A stretch of DNA of 55,275 bases from Syntrophobacterales bacterium (GTDB lineage Bacteria > Desulfobacterota > Syntrophia > Syntrophales > UBA2210): contig JAGGXJ010000086.1 in assembly GCA_021163105.1 (NCBI GenBank), positions 1 through 55,275 of the forward strand, written 5' to 3'. A program made the position numbers and the translations under genes. Below are positions 49,201 to 55,275 of this stretch, in pieces (the stretch's first letter is position 1; each line of letters begins with the position of its first letter). The notes beneath the pieces were generated by a model. It was not told the DNA's origin. It did not search any database and saw only the letters and a program-made list of their open reading frames with translations.

Positions 49201-49420
49201 GGTTGTTACCTCCATTTTTAGTTAATGACACTCGCTGAAAACGAATGAAATGATGTTTCTCATCTGCGACTACTCCGCATCGGTATCATGTTTTGCCAGC
49301 TGAGGGAAGCTCCGGCGGCGTTTTTTTGTGCCGGCATTTATCCCTGCCTGAAATCCGCAATTTTCTCTTGCCGCGGGGTCTGAACTTTATTATAGGGGAT
49401 AATATAAGGAGGGAAACGAT

Positions 49421-50158
49421 ATGAAAGTCATATGTCACGAAGATTTTAAAGAGTCTTATTGTTCCGACCCCGCCGCAGCCGATGGACGGATCGAAGCCGT
49501 TATCGAAGTTATAGAAGGCAGGGTTGAATTTATTGACGCGATTCCCGCCGATGAAGAAGATATTCTTGCCTGCCATACGGATAATCATGTGGCCCATGTG
49601 AGAAGACAAGGTCTTTACGATATAGCTGCCCTTGCGGCCGGGGGTGCCATCCAGGCAGCCTTCAACGGTCTTGTCAAACCCTGCTTTGCCCTTATAAGAC
49701 CCCCGGGACATCATGCGTCTGCGAACAGCTCATGGGGTTTTTGTTTCTTTAGTAATATGGCCATTGCCATATCAAAACTGAAGAAAGAAAACAGAATAAA
49801 AAAGGCATTTATCCTGGATTTTGATCTCCATTTCGGTGATGGCACCGTAAACATACTGGGAAACTCTGATTATGTAACCATATACAATCCCCCGGAGTCA
49901 GATCCAGACAAATATCTCAAACATGTAGAGGAGATGCTTCCTGACGATGCGGATATCATTGGTATCTCAGCCGGTTTCGATAATCACAAGGAAGATTGGG
50001 GCGGCGTCCTCTCCACAGACAATTATCGGGAGATGGGGCGGATGGTTCGTAACGCGAGCCGGGAAAGCGGCGGAGGTTGCTTCGCCATACTGGAGGGAGG
50101 TTACAACCACAGAGTACTGGGGCAGAATGTCATGGCCTTGATAGAGGGGCTGGCCTGA
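49421..50158 (+). CDS. Short HDAC-family deacetylase (245 aa)
   Basis: RPPGHHA, GFCFFSN, DFDLHFGDGT, SAGFD, LEGGY. Confidence 0.87.
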   Translation: MKVICHEDFKESYCSDPAAADGRIEAVIEVIEGRVEFIDAIPADEEDILACHTDNHVAHVRRQGLYDIAALAAGGAIQAAFNGLVKPCFALIRPPGHHASANSSWGFCFFSNMAIAISKLKKENRIKKAFILDFDLHFGDGTVNILGNSDYVTIYNPPESDPDKYLKHVEEMLPDDADIIGISAGFDNHKEDWGGVLSTDNYREMGRMVRNASRESGGGCFAILEGGYNHRVLGQNVMALIEGLA

Positions 50159-50197
50159 CTGGCGGCTATCTGAATTTGATTCAATAGGGAATCATTA

Positions 50198-50346
50198 TTG
50201 ACGACCCCGTAAAAAATCTCCTCAAGTTGTCATCCCGACGGGTCGGGACGAAAAATTTTTACGGCGTAACACCTTGTAAATATAAGATTTCTCCCTGCAG
50301 TCGAAATTACAGATTCGCTGATCTTGACTTTTTACGAGTTCATCAA
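50198..50346. mobile_element. MITE-like element with about 21-bp terminal inverted repeats
   Basis: TTGACGACCCCGTAAAAAATC ... GACTTTTTACGAGTTCATCAA; internal GTCATCCCGACGGGTCGGGACG and GATTTCTCCCTGCAGTCGAAATTAC. Confidence 0.7.
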
Positions 50347-50560
50347 CTATGGAATAGTTCGGTATGATGTACGGATCGGCCAGCGAGTATTTCCCCTTAT
50401 CTGTGTAAATGCATTTTGTGCATTTTGGGGTGGGTCCTTCAAATTTTCTTCCCAAGAGTATTCCCGGGCGCATTTACCTTGATAATTATCGGGTACATCC
50501 GCTACTATTGATGCCGCTGAGTTAACAACTCTTAATTCGTTACCGGGAAAGGAAGGTTTT

Positions 50561-50863
50561 ATGAGTACACTGATTAATTTTTCCATATTTCCCCTTGATA
50601 AGGGTGAAAGTGTAAGTGTGTATGTGGCCAGAGCGCTGAAAATTGTCGGAGAGAGTGGACTGGATTATAAGCTCAATCCTATGGGGACCACTATCGAAGG
50701 TGAATGGGACGAAGTTATGGGTGTTGTCAGCCGCTGCTTCGAGGAGATTAACAAAGATTGTGACCGTGTCTATGCCACGGTTAGTGCCGATTACCGGAAG
50801 GGTAAATCTGGACGCATTGAGAGTAAGGTAAAATCCGTAGAGGCAAAGTTGACATCTTCTTGA
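50561..50863 (+). CDS. MTH1187/YkoF-like thiamine-binding family protein (UPF0045)
   Basis: FSIFPL, SVSVYVARA, SGLDYKLNPMGTTIEGEWDEV, KVKSV. Confidence 0.85.
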   Translation: MSTLINFSIFPLDKGESVSVYVARALKIVGESGLDYKLNPMGTTIEGEWDEVMGVVSRCFEEINKDCDRVYATVSADYRKGKSGRIESKVKSVEAKLTSS

Positions 50864-50904
50864 GCTTTTTGCGAGTGCATCAAGCGTGATGTTGCTCCAT
50901 TGTT

Positions 50905-51105
50905 TTACAATGTTACTATCCTGGAACTGTCTCCGTTCGAGACGGTTTTATCGCCGATTGATGTCCCGCAGTAAACGCACGTATAATCATATCTGTCCTC
51001 GCTGGTCAGGACGAGGAGCAATCTTTTTCTTACCGGTACTGACCTTTTGCATTTGGGGCAGTACAGTTCTGTAGCGTCAAAATCGTTATAAGATTTTCCT
51101 GTCAT
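50905..51105 (-). CDS. Small Zn-ribbon protein
   Basis: CPKC...CVYC in 66 aa; starts 5 nt after the nadE stop. Confidence 0.7.
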   Translation of the reverse strand: MTGKSYNDFDATELYCPKCKRSVPVRKRLLLVLTSEDRYDYTCVYCGTSIGDKTVSNGDSSRIVTL

Positions 51106-51110
51106 CTCTT

Positions 51111-53165
51111 TTAATCATCCTTATCCGGTATTTTTTCAGCGTTTTCAAGCCATACGGTGGCTTCGCTGTCGCTGGGTGCCCTGTAATCCCCCCTTGGAGA
51201 GAGTGATCCTCCCGATCCGACCTTCGGGCTGTTGGGCACGCAGGATCGTTTGAACTGGCTGGTTTTGAAAAAGCGGTAGAGGTAAATCTGCAGCCAGTGT
51301 TTAATCTCACCTATTGTATATTGCGTTTTTTTGTGTTCCGGAACATCGGGCCATAGGCCCTTTTCCCTGTCTCTCCACGCGCAGTATTCCATAAAGGCAA
51401 TCTTTGTGGGGGCATATCCGAATCGCGTAGTGTAGAAGTTGTTAAAATCCTGCAGATCGTAAGGCCCTGTGGTCTCCTCTGTTACCTGCGCGGGCTGGCC
51501 TCCATTTTGTCCGGGAATCAGTTCAGGGCTTATCTCAGTCTCAAGGATGTCGATGAGGATATCCGATGTTTCATCGTCGAATTGACCCGATCGGGCCACC
51601 CAGCGGATCAGGTACTGTATCAGTGTTTTGGGGACGCTCGCGTTGACATTATAGTGGGACATGTGATCGCCCACCCCGTATGTACACCAGCCCAGGGCCA
51701 GTTCGCTAAGGTCTCCCGTTCCGACGACCAGAGCATTTCTCAGGTTGGCGATGCGGAACAGATGGGACGTGCGTTCTCCGGCCTGTACGTTTTCAAATGT
51801 TATGTCGTAGATTTTCTCTTCCTGCGCGAAGGGATGTCCGATATCTTTGAACATCTGCAGGCAGCTTGGCCGTATGTCAATCTCGTTGGCCTCTACACCC
51901 AGGGATTTCATCAGGGCGGTGGCACTGGCATAGGTTTTGTCTGACGTGGCGAAACCGGGCATTGTGTAGGCCTTGATGTTTGTCCGGGGAAGATCCAAAA
52001 GGTCCATGGTGCGCGCGGCCACTATCAGGGCGTGTGTCGAATCGAGACCTCCGGATACGCCTATGACGAGATTCTGTATGCCCGACGCCTTCAGCCTTTT
52101 GGCAAGGCCGTTTACCTGTATGTTGCAGGCCTCGTAGCATCTCTGGTCTCTTTTGGTCTGATCTGCCGGGATATAGGGATATCGGGGGTATTCTCTATTC
52201 AGGTACAGTTTTTTTTTTGGAATATCGATGTGAACGGGTACAGCGCGGAACCGGGAGACGATGTCTCTGTGGGTTCGCGCGTTCTGTCCGAAACCTGTCA
52301 TCCGCATCCTGTCCTGAACGAGGCGGTCCAGATCGATATCGGCGTAGATTATCTGAGATTTTTGCGAAAATCTTTCCGATTCAGCAAGAAGGTTTCCATT
52401 CTCACATATCATGGCGTGACCGTCCCAGGCCAGGTCGGTGGTGGATTCCCCGGGGCCTGACGCGGCGTACAGATAGGCGGCCAGTGAGCGGGCTGACTGG
52501 TTCATAACGAGACTGTTTCTGTATTCGGATTTTCCCACTGTAACATTGGAGGCGGAAAGATTGCCTATAACAGTGGCTCCCGCTAAGGCCGCGAAACTTG
52601 ACGGAGGTATGGAAACCCACACATCTTCGCATATCTCAATAAACAGTTTAAAATGTTTTATATTATCCACTTCAAAAATCAGGTCGGCGCCGAAGGGGAT
52701 ATCGCGCTGGCCGCATATATTGACCGTTTCTAATATGGCTTCTTCGGCTGGACTGAACTGTCGCCCCTCGTAGAATTCACGGTAGTTGGGGAGATAGGAT
52801 TTTACAGCGGCCCCCAGAATTTTCCCCTTGTATAGTATCAGCCCGCAGTTGAACAGAAGCGAATCGACCCGCAGGGGCACACCGATTGCCATGATCATGT
52901 TGAGGTCTCTTGTGGCATCGAGGATGATTTGCACCGCCGCGAGGGTGCCTTCCAGAAGGGCATCCTGATGGAAGAGGTCTTCGTTGGAGTAGGCCGATAT
53001 GCCCAATTCAGGGAATAATGAAAAAATGGCGTCATTTTTAGCGGCCTTCTGCGCGAGTTCTATGGTGCGCGCGGCATTGAAAGTGGGGTCTGCCACCCGT
53101 ACTTCCGGTACACATACGGCGGTTCTTATGAAACCCTGGTTGTAGAGATTGAAAAATTGTTCCAT
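51111..53165 (-). CDS. nadE: Glutamine-dependent NAD+ synthetase
   Basis: N-terminal nitrilase domain ([21 protein letters not shown]); [30 protein letters not shown]. Confidence 0.95.
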   Translation of the reverse strand: MEQFFNLYNQGFIRTAVCVPEVRVADPTFNAARTIELAQKAAKNDAIFSLFPELGISAYSNEDLFHQDALLEGTLAAVQIILDATRDLNMIMAIGVPLRVDSLLFNCGLILYKGKILGAAVKSYLPNYREFYEGRQFSPAEEAILETVNICGQRDIPFGADLIFEVDNIKHFKLFIEICEDVWVSIPPSSFAALAGATVIGNLSASNVTVGKSEYRNSLVMNQSARSLAAYLYAASGPGESTTDLAWDGHAMICENGNLLAESERFSQKSQIIYADIDLDRLVQDRMRMTGFGQNARTHRDIVSRFRAVPVHIDIPKKKLYLNREYPRYPYIPADQTKRDQRCYEACNIQVNGLAKRLKASGIQNLVIGVSGGLDSTHALIVAARTMDLLDLPRTNIKAYTMPGFATSDKTYASATALMKSLGVEANEIDIRPSCLQMFKDIGHPFAQEEKIYDITFENVQAGERTSHLFRIANLRNALVVGTGDLSELALGWCTYGVGDHMSHYNVNASVPKTLIQYLIRWVARSGQFDDETSDILIDILETEISPELIPGQNGGQPAQVTEETTGPYDLQDFNNFYTTRFGYAPTKIAFMEYCAWRDREKGLWPDVPEHKKTQYTIGEIKHWLQIYLYRFFKTSQFKRSCVPNSPKVGSGGSLSPRGDYRAPSDSEATVWLENAEKIPDKDD

Positions 53166-53291
53166 ATCTTTTTGCCATTGCGTATCAGTGTCGCTAAGAA
53201 CATATCAATAATATCAGTCGCCGTTCACGATTGTCGGGCCACAGTTTCTCAGCCGATCCCTGTGCAATATTTATAAACCTTCTATTTTTTC

Positions 53292-53326
53292 AACCGTAAA
53301 CCGATAACTGTAAACCATAAACGATT
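53292..53326. repeat. Imperfect 7-bp tandem repeat
   Basis: AACCGTA AACCGAT AACTGTA AACCATA AACGATT. Confidence 0.55.
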
Positions 53327-53349
53327 ACTAATATGTAAGTAAACTTTTG

Positions 53350-53940
53350 TCAACGCCGTTTATTGTTGAGACATTCTTCGTACATGCGGACAGCAAGCTC
53401 CCCGGCGGATTCCATATCCGTGCCCAGGGCTATAAAGCCGTGGTTTCTCATGACGATGAAAAGATTATCATCTAATATTTCCAGAACACGTTGAACAAGG
53501 GCGGCTGACCCGAATGGCTCTTCTCTGTGCGTGACCGGGATATGCATATCTTCCGCCCGTTCCAGGATAGCGCCGCAGTGGCCGTGGAAGATCGCGTTGA
53601 TCCCGTTTCTCTTCCTGTATATCTCAAAGTGGAACATGCTTTCGGAGGAAGGTTCCCGCGTACCGCTCGCGTGAACGATTGCCCTGTCCGAATCACACGA
53701 GTGCACTTTTACGAACGCGTCTTCAGATAGATTATTTTTCAATTTCAGTTGAGAGGCGGTTATTATGAAGGCATTTTCATTCTTTTCCGGACGGAAGCTC
53801 AGATTGCCGAGGGAACTTCCCTCATAGACAGGTGTCAGACCCAGGTTGTGGAATCTAACGCACCAGCGTTTCAGATCTTCAATTGCCGGGTCCACTGGAG
53901 GGCGTTGGTCTGTAAAACTGGTTTTAAAACTGACTCTCAT
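53350..53940 (-). CDS. Class II aldolase/adducin family protein
   Basis: GNLSFR, FIITAS, PSSESMFH, AIFHGH, MRNHG. Confidence 0.85.
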   Translation of the reverse strand: MRVSFKTSFTDQRPPVDPAIEDLKRWCVRFHNLGLTPVYEGSSLGNLSFRPEKNENAFIITASQLKLKNNLSEDAFVKVHSCDSDRAIVHASGTREPSSESMFHFEIYRKRNGINAIFHGHCGAILERAEDMHIPVTHREEPFGSAALVQRVLEILDDNLFIVMRNHGFIALGTDMESAGELAVRMYEECLNNKRR

Positions 53941-54419
53941 ATTCCCACCCTTACCAGTCCGGGTTCAAGAATTCTTACAAGCTCCGCTGGTTGCATCTCG
54001 ATGAGAAGACCTCTGCGTCCGGCGTTTATGAATATACTTGAGAAATTCACAATGCTTTCTTCCATATATATCGGAATATCCCTCCTTATTCCAAAGGGAG
54101 AAGTTCCGCCAACCAGATACCCCGTGTGTTTCTGAGCCGTTTTGAGATCGCAGGGAACTACCGATTTTGTTCCGATTGCCCTGGCCAGTTCCTTTGTTGA
54201 TACCTGCATATCTCCGTGCATAAGTATGATGAAAGGTTTTTTGTGCTCATCTTCCATGACGAGCGTCTTGACCATCTGATGCTCGTCACATTTCAGTTCT
54301 CTGGTGGCCACCTTTGTGCTTCCTCGATCTTCATACCTGTAAGGACGGGGCGTGAAATCGACTCCGTTTTTTCTCAGAACGCGAATGGCCGGGGTTGAAG
54401 GGATTTTTTCTTTTATCAT
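53937..54419 (-). CDS. ybaK: Cys-tRNA(Pro) deacylase YbaK/EbsC
   Basis: TPAIRVL, VKTLV, AQKHTGYLVGGTSPFG, INAGRRG. Confidence 0.9.
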   Translation of the reverse strand: MIKEKIPSTPAIRVLRKNGVDFTPRPYRYEDRGSTKVATRELKCDEHQMVKTLVMEDEHKKPFIILMHGDMQVSTKELARAIGTKSVVPCDLKTAQKHTGYLVGGTSPFGIRRDIPIYMEESIVNFSSIFINAGRRGLLIEMQPAELVRILEPGLVRVGI

Positions 54420-54463
54420 TATTTTCGTTTTTGTTGAGACAGAGGACAAAGAAATGGAGGGGG

Positions 54464-54889
54464 TCATCTCTTGAATGCTTTTGACAACTTCAAAAGTAGC
54501 TTTTGGACGTGGCGGTTGTTCCAGAGGCCTCTGGATCTGATTACAGTTTTGCAGATCTGTAATTTTGCCGGATCTTTCATCAACTCTTCCAGAAAGGATT
54601 TCTGGCTCTTGACAAAGCTGTCAAACTTCAGCTGGACTGACTGCTCTTCGGAGAAGGGCATATTACTGAGTTTTTCCACCTCTTCGGGAGACAGTCCGAC
54701 CCCGCCCAGCATCTTGAGGAAATACTCACCGGTTATATTTCTGCTCTTCTGTGAGAACTCACTGAACCTCTGGGGAGAGAGCCCGGAGTCCATCATGAAC
54801 TTGCCCTTGCTTATCTTCTTCGACCGGGCGTGTCCCCACAGAAAATCAAAATACTCATTAAAATCTGTCTCTTTTTTTCTTGCTGCCAT
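54464..54889 (-). CDS. Hypothetical protein with a possible XRE-like helix-turn-helix
   Basis: ARSKKISKGKFMMDSGLSPQRFSEF...RNITGEYFLKMLGGVGLSPEEV pattern; 141 aa with an upstream promoter. Confidence 0.55.
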   Translation of the reverse strand: MAARKKETDFNEYFDFLWGHARSKKISKGKFMMDSGLSPQRFSEFSQKSRNITGEYFLKMLGGVGLSPEEVEKLSNMPFSEEQSVQLKFDSFVKSQKSFLEELMKDPAKLQICKTVIRSRGLWNNRHVQKLLLKLSKAFKR

Positions 54890-54896
54890 GGTTGAA

Positions 54897-54924
54897 AATA
54901 TACCATTATTTTTGTTTTTGTCAA
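54897..54924 (-). promoter_or_regulatory. Putative sigma70 promoter producing a leaderless transcript
   Basis: TTGACA-N16-TATATT with a TG extension; ATG 54889 lies 7 nt past the -10 box; no SD. Confidence 0.5.
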
Positions 54925-54974
54925 ATTGAATCTTGGTTCATCCGGTTGACGTGTAAGAAGAACAGTGGCTTTCA

Positions 54975-55275
54975 TTACGGCGTTGGCACAAAAAGATCAA
55001 TTTCCGGAATATTAGTGGAATCGTTTGCACTTGCCCCAACAAACGAGTTAACCCAGTGAAAAATGTCATTTTTAGAAATAGCTCTTCTCAGCTTTTTCAT
55101 TCTTTTTCGTTTCTCATCTAATTCCATTGAAAATGCCTGATAAATTGACTGAGAAACATGTTCTATGTGGTAGGGATTGACCAGGAGCGCGACATTATGA
55201 AGCTCTGCAGCAGCCCCGGCAAATTCGCTTAGGGTCAAGACACCATTTCCATCAATGTTGCTTGCACAGTATTCC
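54975..55275 (-). CDS. otsA: Trehalose-6-phosphate synthase, C-terminal part (runs off the window)
   Basis: EYCASNIDGNGVLTLSEFAGAAAELHNVALLVNPY...RMKKLRRAISKNDIFHW matches the GT20/OtsA C-terminus. Confidence 0.82.
   Translation of the reverse strand, partial: EYCASNIDGNGVLTLSEFAGAAAELHNVALLVNPYHIEHVSQSIYQAFSMELDEKRKRMKKLRRAISKNDIFHWVNSFVGASANDSTNIPEIDLFVPTP

Noticed and set aside
49201-49400. Glycine riboswitch upstream of the alanine-glyoxylate aminotransferase
   Set aside because: Only scattered partial words (CAGGCA, CTCAG); no GGAGA...CCGAAG...CTCTCAGG architecture
50350-50560. TPP riboswitch upstream of the thiamine-binding family gene
   Set aside because: CTGAG and ACCTTGAT-like words occur but in the wrong order and without the expected stems; an Rfam scan would settle it
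50222-50586. Minus-strand ORFs of 83 and 79 aa
   Set aside because: They overlap the MITE or the start of the MTH1187-family gene and have no RBS or motifs

Overview
Gene-dense chromosomal window from an anaerobic deltaproteobacterium (Syntrophales/Desulfobacterota-like, judged from protein similarity I recall, not from a search). The centre of interest (6.6-20.2 kb) is a back-to-back locus. Leftward is rex - fused NuoEF-like flavoprotein - selenocysteine formate dehydrogenase (in-frame UGA at 10098-10100 plus SECIS) - formate channel - membrane OB-fold protein - an unannotated 47-aa membrane peptide. Rightward is a TetR regulator with a complete beta-oxidation operon (acyl-CoA dehydrogenase, 3-hydroxyacyl-CoA dehydrogenase/enoyl-CoA hydratase, thiolase). 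The NuoEF protein has remodelled Fe-S ligands and non-bifurcating signatures. A second unexplained operon (38.2-44.7 kb) couples an ADP-forming acyl-CoA ligase, an orphan hydantoinase/oxoprolinase subunit, a Zn-ribbon-extended HDAC-family deacylase, a CMD protein, MazG and DUF2065. The rest is mostly housekeeping (gspF, amino-acid ABC transporter, glyQS, recO, mgtE, pyrRBC, lepB, secDF-yajC, tgt, queA, nadE, ybaK, partial otsA). Intergenic spacers hold several families of MITE/REP-like repeats, two of them with TTA target duplications. I found no rRNA, tRNA, CRISPR array, transposase or prophage.
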